Below are positions 9,211 to 19,010 of a stretch of DNA of 44,663 nt, piece after piece (position 1 is the stretch's first letter; each line of letters opens with the position of its first letter). The stretch is taken from sequence record SRR22947727_844; one strand, 5' to 3'. The notes below the pieces were generated by a model. It saw only the letters and a program-made list of their open reading frames with translations. It was not told the DNA's origin and did no database searches. Made by a program: the position numbers and the translations under genes.

Positions 9211-9603
9211 ATGAAACTGCACTATTTACTTCTGAGCCTCGGGATTCTTTTCTCAGTCATCGCTCTTGTTGCTGTCGGCAGCCGTGTAGAATTCGGAGGT
9301 AATCCCGACAAGTCTCTCTTTTTGCTCATGTTGCTAATTCTGCCTCTTGTTCCACTCGCTTTGCCAGTGATTGCCGGTTGGTTCTTTCGTCGGTCCAAGC
9401 CAGCCCTTCTGGTTTGTCTGGCGGGTCTGATATCTGCATTCGCCTTCATGGCATACGCTTTTGTGAATAGCTTCCACATCAACCCGGATCCGCAGGGAGG
9501 ACTCATTCTCATCTTCGGACCGATCTATACCCTCGTTGGGCTGATTCCATTTGGCATCGCCGCACTGGTGCTGTTTCTGCGAAGGGCTTCCCAGACACAG
9601 TAG
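9211..9603 (+). CDS. Hypothetical membrane protein (4 TM)
   Basis: ATG-started ORF filling the gap, with four hydrophobic helices and a DPQGGL loop. Confidence 0.7.
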   Translation: MKLHYLLLSLGILFSVIALVAVGSRVEFGGNPDKSLFLLMLLILPLVPLALPVIAGWFFRRSKPALLVCLAGLISAFAFMAYAFVNSFHINPDPQGGLILIFGPIYTLVGLIPFGIAALVLFLRRASQTQ

Positions 9604-9648
9604 AGATGAAGGCTGGCGCGAAGTGATCGAATTTGTTATGAATCCGGA

Positions 9649-12117
9649 ATGAGAATTTTCCCGGCCGTGCTGGCCCTCGTTGCAATTTTTCCGGCAACCG
9701 CCGCTGACTTTTCTGCGATCAAAGTCGAAGCACAGCCGCTCGGCGCGAATGTCGAACGGCTTGTGCAAGCACTCGACTTTCTCGGGGCGAATCCCTTTTC
9801 CTCAGAAGAAAAGTTAGCAATCGACGACGCGATTTCAAAACGCGATGCGGCGACGATTCAGAAAATCCTGCATTCCCACGTGTTGTTAGAGGTGCAGCTG
9901 AATCCCGAGTCGCGTGTGAAAGTCGCGCGTGGTGGTTTGGAAAAACCGAATCTGCAACAAGGCGGTTATTTGCCATTTCTGATTCGAATTGAGAACCAGT
10001 CGGCAGTCACTGCTCCGCTTCGAATTTTCAGTCCACAGGCAGGGAAAGTGTATGCGGGCGTTGCTGAATTGAGCATGAAACGGCAGCAGCGCCCTGACCT
10101 GCGCCAGAACGAAAATACCGAAGGCGCGACAGACCGATTTCTCGATGTCGAAATGTTCGGCGATCAGCCGATGACTCCAAATTTGTCCGGTCTCGAAGTT
10201 GAATATGCGATCGCACTTATCTATTCTAACGAGCCGGGAAAACGCGAAGCGACAATCTCATTTGATGTTGGAGATTCCCAAAAGGACATCGGTTTTCGTG
10301 GTGAAACGCCGGTTCTTTTTGATGTAAAGCCTGCGATTCCGGTGACGCTCAAGATTTCAGATCACGATGGAAAGCCGACGACCGCGCGTTTGGTTTTTCA
10401 GGATGAGCGCGGCCGAATCTACCCACCTCAGGGCAAGCGGCTCGCGCCGGATCTGTTTTTTCAAAAGCAAATCTATCGCCCCGACGGCGGAAACGTTCAT
10501 CTACCGCCCGGAAAATTCACCGTTCAATCAAGTCGCGGGCCGGAGTATCAAGTTCAGACGCGGACGATCGAAATCGCCGATCAGCCAGCGGAATTGGAAT
10601 TCGAATTGGAGCGTTGGGTCGATTCGCAGGCCTTCGGTTTTTATTCGGGCGATCATCACATTCACGCATCGGGCTGCGCCCACTATCAATTTCCAACCGT
10701 CGGAATCGATCCGGCGCACGTGCTTCCGCATGTGAAAGGCGAAGGGCTGAATGTCGGCTGCATTCTCACATGGGGGCCGGGCTTTGAGCATCAACGGCAG
10801 TTTTTCAAACCAGATTCCGATCCGATTTCTGAACCAACGACGCTGATCAAATACGACCTCGAAATCAGCGGTTTCGGATCCGCGCCGCTTGGTCATGTTT
10901 GTTTGCTGAACCTGAAAAATCAGACATATCCCGGCTCCGAAGGCACGAAATTAAAGGGTTGGCCGAGTTGGACGATTCCCGTGATGCGCTGGACGAAAGA
11001 GCAGGGTGGCATTGCTGGGTATGCTCACAGCGCGAGCGGACTTCACATCGAACCGGATCGCGAAACAGCGCGGCTTTTGAAAAAACTCGATGAAAACGGA
11101 AACGGCGCGATTTCGGAAACGGAAGCGGGCGATCAGCTTTTGCCAGAAAATTTCGAAACGATCGATGCAAACGGTGACAACGAAATTGCCTCCGCCGAAA
11201 TGGAGGCCAGCCTCGCACGCGTCGCCGAACAGCTCCCGAACTACGCAATCCCCGGTATGAACGGTGCGGGCGCACTTGAGATCGCGGTTTCAAGTGTCGA
11301 GGGTGTTTGCGATTTTATCAGCGCGATGGACACGGCACGGATTCAGGAATGGAACACGTGGTATCACATTTTGAATTGTGGCCTCGATGTGAAAGTCAGC
11401 GGCGAGACCGATTTTCCGTGCATGTCTGGAACCCGAGTCGGACAGGGCCGGGTTTATGTGAAGCTCGGCGCGGGAATCAAGAACCTGGATTACGGCGAGT
11501 GGTGTCGGGGAATGGCCGATGGAAAATCCTACGTTTCAGATGGCTACGCTCACGCGCTGGAATTTTCCGTCGGCGGAATTCAGCCCGGTTTCGGAGAAGT
11601 GAAACTCGAAAAGCCTGGCAAAGTAAAAATCACAACGAAGGTCGCCTTTTCCCCCGAAACACCAATCGGCGTTCCCTACGGCACGGCGAATTCTCCGCTC
11701 GGGCGCGCAAAAATTGGCGACACGGTGGAACGGCATATTGGTCTGGAAGATGGCACCATCAAAGGCGGCGATCGGCTCGTCGAAATCATCGTGAACGGCG
11801 AAGTCGTCGCGACCAAAAAAGTGCCCGCCGACGGAAAAGAACACGATCTCGATTTTCAAATCCCCATCGAAAAAAGCTGCTGGGTTGCACTTCGACATTT
11901 CCCGCAGCTCCACACGAATCCAGTCAACGTGATCGTCGGAGAAAAACCAATTCGAGCCAATCCGAAAAGCGCACGCTGGTGCGTCGAAATGATCGAAAAG
12001 CTGTGGGAAAACCGCCACATGAAGATCAGGCCGGATGAAAAAGACGCCGCCGCCGCCAGCTACGAACGAGCGAAGGCGTATTATCGGAAAATCGCTTCTA
12101 CGAACCAACCCTATTGA
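9649..12117 (+). CDS. Secreted CehA/McbA-like (PHP-type) metallohydrolase with paired EF-hand insert
   Basis: Signal peptide, YSGDHHIH, GHVCLLNL, GYAH, WYHILNCG, SGETDFPC, GRVYV, HTNPV. EF-hand-like loops DENGNGAISETE and DANGDNEIASAE. Confidence 0.75.
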   Translation: MRIFPAVLALVAIFPATAADFSAIKVEAQPLGANVERLVQALDFLGANPFSSEEKLAIDDAISKRDAATIQKILHSHVLLEVQLNPESRVKVARGGLEKPNLQQGGYLPFLIRIENQSAVTAPLRIFSPQAGKVYAGVAELSMKRQQRPDLRQNENTEGATDRFLDVEMFGDQPMTPNLSGLEVEYAIALIYSNEPGKREATISFDVGDSQKDIGFRGETPVLFDVKPAIPVTLKISDHDGKPTTARLVFQDERGRIYPPQGKRLAPDLFFQKQIYRPDGGNVHLPPGKFTVQSSRGPEYQVQTRTIEIADQPAELEFELERWVDSQAFGFYSGDHHIHASGCAHYQFPTVGIDPAHVLPHVKGEGLNVGCILTWGPGFEHQRQFFKPDSDPISEPTTLIKYDLEISGFGSAPLGHVCLLNLKNQTYPGSEGTKLKGWPSWTIPVMRWTKEQGGIAGYAHSASGLHIEPDRETARLLKKLDENGNGAISETEAGDQLLPENFETIDANGDNEIASAEMEASLARVAEQLPNYAIPGMNGAGALEIAVSSVEGVCDFISAMDTARIQEWNTWYHILNCGLDVKVSGETDFPCMSGTRVGQGRVYVKLGAGIKNLDYGEWCRGMADGKSYVSDGYAHALEFSVGGIQPGFGEVKLEKPGKVKITTKVAFSPETPIGVPYGTANSPLGRAKIGDTVERHIGLEDGTIKGGDRLVEIIVNGEVVATKKVPADGKEHDLDFQIPIEKSCWVALRHFPQLHTNPVNVIVGEKPIRANPKSARWCVEMIEKLWENRHMKIRPDEKDAAAASYERAKAYYRKIASTNQPY

Positions 12118-12175
12118 TTCTTGAAAGCATTTCGAACAGATACTATTGACTCAGCGAACAAACCCTGTTGATTCG
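12101..12175 (-). repeat. REP-like 21-bp element, three direct copies
   Basis: cgaaccaaccctattgattc (12101), cgaacagatactattgactc (12133), cgaacaaaccctgttgattcg (12155). Confidence 0.8.
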
Positions 12176-12196
12176 CAGGAAGCAATACAACAACAC

Positions 12197-12649
12197 ATGA
12201 GCGAACACAAAGCAGCTTTGAAATGGGAGCGTGGCGATGCCAGCTTCGGATATGAGGAATACCCACGGGATCACGATTGGAATTTCGCGGCGAGCGGAAA
12301 TCAGTCGTTGCGCGCTTCGGCAGCGACGGAGTTTCTCGGTAGCGCTGATTGCGTTGATCCGGAGGAGGCTTTTACAGCTTCGTTGGCGAGTTGTCACATG
12401 CTGACTTTTCTCGCAATGGCTTCGCTCGGTGGGTTCGTGGTCGATTCTTACGAAGACGAAGCCGTTGGCTTTCTCGAAAAGGGAGACAGCGGAAAACCAT
12501 GGCTCGCACGCGTTGTGATGCACCCGAAGATCACTTTCTCTGGCGACAACCAGCCTGACGCGGATCAACTGGAAAAACTCCACGACAAAGCTCATCACGA
12601 ATGTTTTCTGGCGAATTCTGTAAAAACGGAGATCACGTGGGAAGGCTAA
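12197..12649 (+). CDS. OsmC family peroxiredoxin-like protein
   Basis: DPEEAFTASLASCHMLTFL and AHHECFLANSVKT. ATG at 12197; the ORF-track extension runs through the repeat. Confidence 0.92.
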   Translation: MSEHKAALKWERGDASFGYEEYPRDHDWNFAASGNQSLRASAATEFLGSADCVDPEEAFTASLASCHMLTFLAMASLGGFVVDSYEDEAVGFLEKGDSGKPWLARVVMHPKITFSGDNQPDADQLEKLHDKAHHECFLANSVKTEITWEG

Positions 12650-12667
12650 TATCTTTCTGTGATTGGA

Positions 12668-13234
12668 ATGGAAATTCGCCCAACCAAAAAGGGTTACCGA
12701 CCGGCGGAACTCCGCACGGCGTTCTTTGATTCGCGTTTCGGAAACACGTTGATCGCCGTCGACCCTGAAACGAAGCGAATTGTCTGGTTGAGCCTTGTTT
12801 TGGACAAATCGGCGAAGGCAAAGAAGGACAATCTGGAAGAACTGGAAATCCACTGGCAGCCTGAAACGTTGAATGAAAACGGAGTGGATGAATTTTTCGA
12901 CAAACCGCCAGGCAACTGGATTTTTGAAGATGGTTGCACGGGTTTGAAGTTGTTCATGAAAGGAACCGAATTTCAGCACGAAGTTTGGAACGCTCTTCGG
13001 GAAATTCCCAAAGGCGAAACTCGTTCGTATTCAGAGGTCGCCGAGCAATTGAATCGGCCAAAAAATCATGCTCGTGCGGTCGCTTCTGCGGTCGCGTCGA
13101 ATACGATTGCCGTGTTGGTTCCGTGCCATCGGGTGATTCAATCGAGCGGAAAGATCTCGGGATTTCGATGGGGGCCAGCACGGAAACGGATGCTTTTGGA
13201 TTGGGAAGCTGCCGCGACACAGAACGCCGTTTGA
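12668..13234 (+). CDS. ogt: Methylated-DNA--protein-cysteine S-methyltransferase
   Basis: GTEFQHEVWNALREIPKGETRSYSEVA, ARAVA, active-site VPCHRVI, GFRWG. Confidence 0.92.
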   Translation: MEIRPTKKGYRPAELRTAFFDSRFGNTLIAVDPETKRIVWLSLVLDKSAKAKKDNLEELEIHWQPETLNENGVDEFFDKPPGNWIFEDGCTGLKLFMKGTEFQHEVWNALREIPKGETRSYSEVAEQLNRPKNHARAVASAVASNTIAVLVPCHRVIQSSGKISGFRWGPARKRMLLDWEAAATQNAV

Positions 13235-13267
13235 CGAGCGGCTATTTCATCGCAAATTAGTCGTACA

Positions 13268-14389
13268 ATGACAATGCAACCTACACGGACGGTGTTCGGA
13301 ACCTGGAGCGGTGGCCGATACATGCATTTCGGGGAAATGCTTTCTGAAGCTGACCTCGAAGCGCTTGCACAACAGGCTTATGAAGATGGTATTCGCACTT
13401 TCCTCACGGCGGATGTTTATGGAACGGGAAAAGCGGACGAAATGCTCGGTCGCGCTCTGAAAGGGATCGACCGAAACAGTTATTCGCTGGTCGGTATGGT
13501 CGGTCACGACATTTATGATGGTCAGCGCGCCGGCTCAAAAGGCTATGCTCGCTTCACGCATGCTGATCTTCGTTCGGAGGACGAATACGCAGAATATTTG
13601 GTCACCGCGACGGAGAAATCACTCGAGCGTTGCCAAGCAGATCGGTTTGATCTCGTGATGCTTCACAATCCGGACACGGTTGGTTATTCCAATGTGAAGG
13701 TGTGGGATGGAATGAAAAATCTCAAAACCGAAGGCCTTGCTGATTTGACCGGCATCGCTCCGGGACCGGCCAATGGTTTCACGATCGATATGGCTCATTG
13801 CTTTGAGCAATATCACGAGGCGATCGACTGGTCGATGGTGATCCTGAATCCGCTGGAGCCGTGGCCGACGAATAATTTGCTGCCTATTGCGAAGAAATAC
13901 GACATCGACCTGATGACTCGGGTGGTGGATTACGGCGGGATGTTTCACGACGATGTGAAACCAGGCCATCACTTCAAAGACGGTGATCATCGGACTTATC
14001 GCATGGCAGGCTGGATTGAGCGCGGTAGCGAGCGGATCGAACAGATGCGTGGAATCGCTGAGAAATACGATCTGACGATGCTTCAGCTGGCTTGCGTTTG
14101 GAATCTGAGCCAGGAGCCGGTGAAATCGGTTGCTCCGACGTTTCTTCAGGAAGCTGGCGAAGGCGCTCGTCCCGTTCAGGAAAAAGTGACGGAAATGGCG
14201 AAAGTGCCCGACGTCACGTTGACGAAAGAAGAAATCGCAACGATCGCCGAAATTGGACAGAACGAAGGCTGCATGAAGCTGAAAGGCGCCAGCACGCGTA
14301 ATGAAGGCGAGCCTCAGCCTGACACGTGGCCCATGCGGGACGAATTAGTCCCAGTTGCTGAACGTTGGGGATTGAATCCAGCGTGGTAA
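13268..14389 (+). CDS. Aldo/keto reductase family protein
   Basis: FGTW, FLTADVYGTGKADEMLGRAL, SLERCQADRFDLVMLHNPD, QLACVWNL. Confidence 0.88.
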   Translation: MTMQPTRTVFGTWSGGRYMHFGEMLSEADLEALAQQAYEDGIRTFLTADVYGTGKADEMLGRALKGIDRNSYSLVGMVGHDIYDGQRAGSKGYARFTHADLRSEDEYAEYLVTATEKSLERCQADRFDLVMLHNPDTVGYSNVKVWDGMKNLKTEGLADLTGIAPGPANGFTIDMAHCFEQYHEAIDWSMVILNPLEPWPTNNLLPIAKKYDIDLMTRVVDYGGMFHDDVKPGHHFKDGDHRTYRMAGWIERGSERIEQMRGIAEKYDLTMLQLACVWNLSQEPVKSVAPTFLQEAGEGARPVQEKVTEMAKVPDVTLTKEEIATIAEIGQNEGCMKLKGASTRNEGEPQPDTWPMRDELVPVAERWGLNPAW

Positions 14390-14398
14390 TTTAATTAA

Positions 14399-15187
14399 AT
14401 GCAGGAACTCACTGATACTCAAAACGAAGCCGACACTCGGAACATCGCGATTGATCGCGTCGGGGTAAAAGCACTGCGCTACCCGTTTCAGATTCGCGAC
14501 AAAGCGAATTCTGAACAGGGTACGGTTGCGACAGCTTCCCTGGCTGTGGATTTGCCAAAGGAATACAAAGGCACCCACATGAGCCGTTTCGTGGAGGCAT
14601 TGAATGCGCACGGCCCCGTGCTTGACGTGCATTCAATTTCTGCAATTCCGGCGGAATTGTTGGAACGGCTTGATGCGCAACGCGCCCATATCGACTTCAA
14701 ATTTCCCTTTTTCCTCAACAAACCCGCTCCGGTGACTGGAAAAGAGGGAATGCTCGATTACGAAGTTTCTTTCGAAGTCGACGCGACTCGTGAAGAAACA
14801 GATTTCATCGTGACTGTTTATGTTCCCGTCACCACATTGTGCCCGTGTTCAAAAGCAATCAGCGCTCGCGGAGCTCACAATCAGCGGGGCATCGTCACCT
14901 ATTCCGTTCGTTTTCGCGATGAACCGGTTTGGATTGAAGATCTGATCCGATTGGTCGAGAAAGGTGCCAGTTGTGAACTCTACTCGTTGCTGAAACGCCC
15001 CGACGAAAAGCATGTGACCGAACAGGCTTATGACAATCCTGTTTTCGTAGAAGACCTGGTTCGGAACGTCGCTGCAGCCTCGAACGCGCACGATGCCATC
15101 ACGTGGTATCGCGTTGAGGCAGAGAACTTTGAGTCGATTCACAATCACAATGCGTATGCGGTGATTGAGAAGCAGATGGAAGATTAA
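14399..15187 (+). CDS. folE2: GTP cyclohydrolase IB
   Basis: IDRVGV, KGTHMSRF, TTLCPCSK, AHNQR, KRPDEK, NPVFVED, ESIHNHNA. Confidence 0.97.
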   Translation: MQELTDTQNEADTRNIAIDRVGVKALRYPFQIRDKANSEQGTVATASLAVDLPKEYKGTHMSRFVEALNAHGPVLDVHSISAIPAELLERLDAQRAHIDFKFPFFLNKPAPVTGKEGMLDYEVSFEVDATREETDFIVTVYVPVTTLCPCSKAISARGAHNQRGIVTYSVRFRDEPVWIEDLIRLVEKGASCELYSLLKRPDEKHVTEQAYDNPVFVEDLVRNVAAASNAHDAITWYRVEAENFESIHNHNAYAVIEKQMED

Positions 15188-15192
15188 TCATT

Positions 15193-15918
15193 CTACTGAC
15201 CGACCACTCGGCCATCAGCCAGTTCGATCTTTCGATCGCCGGTTTTGGCCAATTCTGAATCGTGGGTCACGACAACCAGCGTGCGAGCCTGTTCTTCGAC
15301 CAAGCTCATCAGCAACTTCATCACGGAGTGGCCGCTTTTCGAATCCAGATTCCCAGTAGGTTCATCTGCGAAAAGGATTTCGGGGTCGTTCACGAGCGAA
15401 CGGGCGATCGCGACACGCTGCTGTTCTCCGCCGGAAAGCTCGGTTGGTAGGTGATTCATCCGATCCCCGAGACCAACGCGATCTAAAAGCTCTTCGGCGC
15501 GATCCCTTCCCTTTTTGCGGCCGATCATCGCGGGAATCAGCACATTCTCGATCGCGGTCAGCTCGGGAAGCAGAAAGAAATTCTGGAAAACGTAGCCCAT
15601 TTTTTCGTTCCGCAATTTGGCCTGCTCTTTCCGATTTTTGGAATACAGATCAATCCCTTCAACCAGGACATTTCCCTGATTTGGCTTTTCCAGGCCTGCA
15701 AGCGTGTAAAGCAGCGAAGTTTTGCCAGCGCCGGAAGCGCCGCAGAGAAACAGCTTTTCGCCACGAAGAATCGAAAGATTTACGCCTTTGAGGACTTCAA
15801 TCGGCTTTGATCCAATTGAAAACGTTCGGTAAACGTCCCACGCAGCGATGATTTCGTTTTCTGGCGACGGTGGTATTTCGTTCAAAGCAGTTCGGGGATC
15901 GGGTTTGAGAATTTCCAT
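15193..15918 (-). CDS. ABC transporter ATP-binding protein (LolD-like)
   Basis: GASGAGKTS, LSGGEQQRVAIAR, ADEPTGNLD, VVTHD. Confidence 0.92.
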   Translation of the reverse strand: MEILKPDPRTALNEIPPSPENEIIAAWDVYRTFSIGSKPIEVLKGVNLSILRGEKLFLCGASGAGKTSLLYTLAGLEKPNQGNVLVEGIDLYSKNRKEQAKLRNEKMGYVFQNFFLLPELTAIENVLIPAMIGRKKGRDRAEELLDRVGLGDRMNHLPTELSGGEQQRVAIARSLVNDPEILFADEPTGNLDSKSGHSVMKLLMSLVEEQARTLVVVTHDSELAKTGDRKIELADGRVVGQ

Positions 15919-15999
15919 AGAATACCCTCATACGCTCGCCAATGAACGGATTTTTCGGAAAAATTAACTAAATTTGAAACCGCAACTCGCGGCTCCGAA

Positions 16000-17379
16000 T
16001 CAGCCTTTGAACTGAGCCACGATCTTTGTGATCGTCTCTTTCGCATCGCCGTAAATCATCCGGCAATTCTCGCGGAAGAAGAGAGTATTCAGCAAACCGG
16101 AAAAACCTTTACCAGCACCGCGCTTGAGCACGAATACCGATCGAGCTTTGTGAACGTTGATGATCGGCATGCCGTAAATTGGGCTGTCCTCGTCTTCAAG
16201 CGCCGCGGGATTCACAACGTCATTCGCACCGATAACGATCGCAACATCAACCATTTCAATCATGTCGTTCACATCATCCATCTCGCAAAGCTGCTCATAA
16301 GGAACATCCGCTTCAGCGAGCAGAACGTTCATGTGGCCCGGCATCCGGCCGGCAACCGGGTGAATCGCGTGGCGAACTTCACAGCCATTCTCCTCCAAAA
16401 TTTCACCAAACTCCTTCACTACATGCTGCGCTTGAGCAACCGCCATTCCATAACCGGGAACGAAGACTACACTTTGAGCAGCTTCGAGAACGTAGTAGGC
16501 GTCTTCCGGAGTGAGCGCTTTCATCTCGCCTTCGACTTCTTTACCACCGCTTGCAGCTCCAAATCCGCCGAAAAGCACATTGCCAAGCGTTCGGTTCATC
16601 GCCTTACACATGATGATGGTAAGGATCAATCCAGACGCACCCACCAAACAACCGGCCACGATGAGAACGTTGTTCAGAATAACGAAACCTGCCGCCGAAG
16701 CCGCGATTCCTGAAAAGCTGTTTAGGAATGAAATCACCACCGGCATGTCACCACCGCCAATTGGAATAACTCCTAGAACACCAATTAAAAGCGACAGAAC
16801 AATGATCACACCAAGCAGCGGCGCTGATGGAGTCGCGATGAAAAGCGCGCCGACGATAATCAGACCAATGAAAACCAGCCCGTTGACGATTTTCTGGCGT
16901 GGAAAAACGATAGCCGATCCGCTCATTTTTCCTGAAAGCTTCAGGTAAGCAATCATCGAACCGGTAAAGGTGATTCCACCAATCAGGATCGCAAAAACAA
17001 CGGCAAACGCGGTAAAAGTAGGGCTTCCTTCAACGCCTTCGGTCAGGGTGAAAGTCGGATTCTTGGCAAATTCAGCCCACCCAACGAGGAGCGACGAAAG
17101 ACCACCAAAACCATTAAAAAACGCGACTAACTCGGGCATCCCTGTCATTTGAACCTTCTTCGCCCAAATGAAACCGATAACGCCACCGATCAAAAGACCG
17201 CCGAAAATAAAGCCGAGGTCCAAATCAGCAGCAAAAAGAGTGACCACAACGGCCAGCAGCATGCCGAGTGAGGAAATCAGGTTTCCCCGCACGGCCGTCT
17301 CAGCCGAACCGAGCTGTTTCATCCCAACGATGAACAGCACCGAGGCAACGATGTAAGCGATATTGATGATTGTATCCAT
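16000..17379 (-). CDS. pntB: NAD(P) transhydrogenase subunit beta
   Basis: MTGMPELVA, IGGGDMPVVIS, VPGYGMAVAQAQ, HPVAGRMPGHMNVLLAEA, GANDVVNP. Confidence 0.98.
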   Translation of the reverse strand: MDTIINIAYIVASVLFIVGMKQLGSAETAVRGNLISSLGMLLAVVVTLFAADLDLGFIFGGLLIGGVIGFIWAKKVQMTGMPELVAFFNGFGGLSSLLVGWAEFAKNPTFTLTEGVEGSPTFTAFAVVFAILIGGITFTGSMIAYLKLSGKMSGSAIVFPRQKIVNGLVFIGLIIVGALFIATPSAPLLGVIIVLSLLIGVLGVIPIGGGDMPVVISFLNSFSGIAASAAGFVILNNVLIVAGCLVGASGLILTIIMCKAMNRTLGNVLFGGFGAASGGKEVEGEMKALTPEDAYYVLEAAQSVVFVPGYGMAVAQAQHVVKEFGEILEENGCEVRHAIHPVAGRMPGHMNVLLAEADVPYEQLCEMDDVNDMIEMVDVAIVIGANDVVNPAALEDEDSPIYGMPIINVHKARSVFVLKRGAGKGFSGLLNTLFFRENCRMIYGDAKETITKIVAQFKG

Positions 17380-17421
17380 CTGTCAGTAATTTTCTAAAAT
17401 TCGCGTTCCAGTTCCGGTCCC

Positions 17422-17706
17422 TTATTTCTTTTTGAACATGCTCAGCATCCGATTGGTGACCATATAGCCGCCGACCACATTGATCGTCGCGAGGATCAGC
17501 GCGGCTAAACCGAGCCACTTGCCGAGTTCGCTGCCGTCCTGGAGTTTAGTCACGGCGAGGATTGCTCCGACCACCGTAATTCCAGAGATCGCATTCGATC
17601 CGGACATCAATGGCGTGTGCAACTGGCTGGGGACCTTTTGGATGAGTTCAAAGCCGAGAAAGGCGGCCATCACAAAAACGAAAAGGAGTAAGATAAGAAT
17701 TTCCAT
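17422..17706 (-). CDS. pntAB: NAD(P) transhydrogenase subunit alpha, membrane part
   Basis: KVPSQLHTPLMSGSNAISGI, NVVGGYMVTNRMLSMF. Confidence 0.95.
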   Translation of the reverse strand: MEILILLLFVFVMAAFLGFELIQKVPSQLHTPLMSGSNAISGITVVGAILAVTKLQDGSELGKWLGLAALILATINVVGGYMVTNRMLSMFKKK

Positions 17707-17712
17707 GTTCTA

Positions 17713-17755
17713 CGAGTCAACAGGGTTGAGTGATCGAACCAACAGGGTTCGATCG
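17713..17755 (+). repeat. REP-like element, direct doublet
   Basis: cgagtcaacagggttgagtga (17713) and cgaaccaacagggttcgatcg (17735), 22-bp period. Confidence 0.75.
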
Positions 17756-17760
17756 AAAAA

Positions 17761-18891
17761 TTAGTCTTTTTTGAAACGTTCGTGCACGATCTCTCCGCCG
17801 TGCGTAATAATGCAACCGCTCTGAATCTCATCTTCGAGATCGATCGTGATTCCCTTGGACTCTTCATCCCAGAAATGGTCGATCATGTTGGCAAAATTCG
17901 ATCCGAGAACCTGCGAAGCATGCTTGGAAACCGCGCCTTCGAAATTTCCGGTTCCGATAATCGTGACACCGTTATCGGTCACCTTTTCTTCACCCAAAAC
18001 GGTTCCTTCGACGTTTCCGCCGGTGTCAGCCGCCAAATCAACAATGACAGAGCCATGTTTCATCTGAGCGATGACATCGGCTTTAATCAATATAGGCGCC
18101 GGGCGACCAAAGAGTTTTGCAGTCGTGATAACCGCATCGCTCTGAGCACAAATTTTACCCTGCTCAGTCCGCTGAATTTCAAGCTGCTCCGGGGTCATTT
18201 CCTTCGCATACCCTTGATCCGTTGAGCCGGTCTGGCCCAGATCGATTCGCAATGCCTTGGCACCGAGAGATTCAGCCTGCTCAAGCGCTTCTTCGCGAGT
18301 ATCAAATGCAGTCACGCGAGCACCGAGACGCTTTGCTGTCGCAATTGCCTGCAAACCAGCCACTCCCACACCAATAACAAAAACCTTTGCCGGAGAAATG
18401 GTTCCCGCTGGCGTCATCATCATCGGGAAAATCGCGTTCATCCGATTGGCCGCCACCATCACTGAAACATATCCAGCCAAATTGGCCTGCGAACTAATCG
18501 CGTCCATTTTCTGAGCCAGCGTCGTCCGCGGAATCATCTCGAGAGAAATCGCGGTGGTCTTTTGACCCGCAAATTTTTCGATGAGCTCGGGCTCGTTGAA
18601 AGGATCCAAAAAGCTGATGTGAATCGCACCGTCTTTCAGTGAAGAAATCTCAGAGTCGATCGGTTTGCGAACGCGACATACGATATCGGCACTGCCGAGA
18701 AGGCCTGCTCGATCTGTCGTCACCGTTGCACCGGCGGTTTCGAAAGCGGCATCGGGATTATCCGAGCGATCTCCAAGTCCGGATTCCACAACGACTTCGG
18801 CCCCAAGAGCGATGAGTTTTTTCACCGCCGCAGGATCGAGTGCCGCACGAGTTTCAGCTGAATCCGTTTCTTTTGGCGCAAAAATTTTCAT
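17761..18891 (-). CDS. pntAA: NAD(P) transhydrogenase subunit alpha, soluble NAD(H)-binding part
   Basis: PKE...ETRAA, PRTTLAQKMDAISSQANLAGY, GVGVAGLQAIATAKRLGA, DLAADTGGNVE. Alternative TTG start at 18903. Confidence 0.96.
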   Translation of the reverse strand: MKIFAPKETDSAETRAALDPAAVKKLIALGAEVVVESGLGDRSDNPDAAFETAGATVTTDRAGLLGSADIVCRVRKPIDSEISSLKDGAIHISFLDPFNEPELIEKFAGQKTTAISLEMIPRTTLAQKMDAISSQANLAGYVSVMVAANRMNAIFPMMMTPAGTISPAKVFVIGVGVAGLQAIATAKRLGARVTAFDTREEALEQAESLGAKALRIDLGQTGSTDQGYAKEMTPEQLEIQRTEQGKICAQSDAVITTAKLFGRPAPILIKADVIAQMKHGSVIVDLAADTGGNVEGTVLGEEKVTDNGVTIIGTGNFEGAVSKHASQVLGSNFANMIDHFWDEESKGITIDLEDEIQSGCIITHGGEIVHERFKKD

Positions 18892-19010
18892 GGCGTCAAA
18901 CAATTACCCTCCCTTTGAGGGGGCAGTTAAACTAGCGAAAGCCGTACCAGTGTCGAATAGAAACTGCGAGGGGTTTCGGCGGAATCTGGATTCCAGTGAC
19001 TTAACAAGGC

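Noticed and set aside
11307-12038. 243-aa Arg-rich alternative-frame ORF
   Set aside because: Out-of-frame overlap within the hydrolase; composition is typical of shadow frames.
12101-12175. Possible CRISPR array (also 20862-20958)
   Set aside because: Spacers are only about 1-12 bp, copies are degenerate and in mixed orientation, and no cas genes are present.
12143-12979. 278-aa minus-strand ORF
   Set aside because: Antisense to the well-supported osmC-like and ogt genes; no motifs.
16000-18891. Split pntA as a sign of pseudogenisation
   Set aside because: The three-gene transhydrogenase arrangement is a common, established form.
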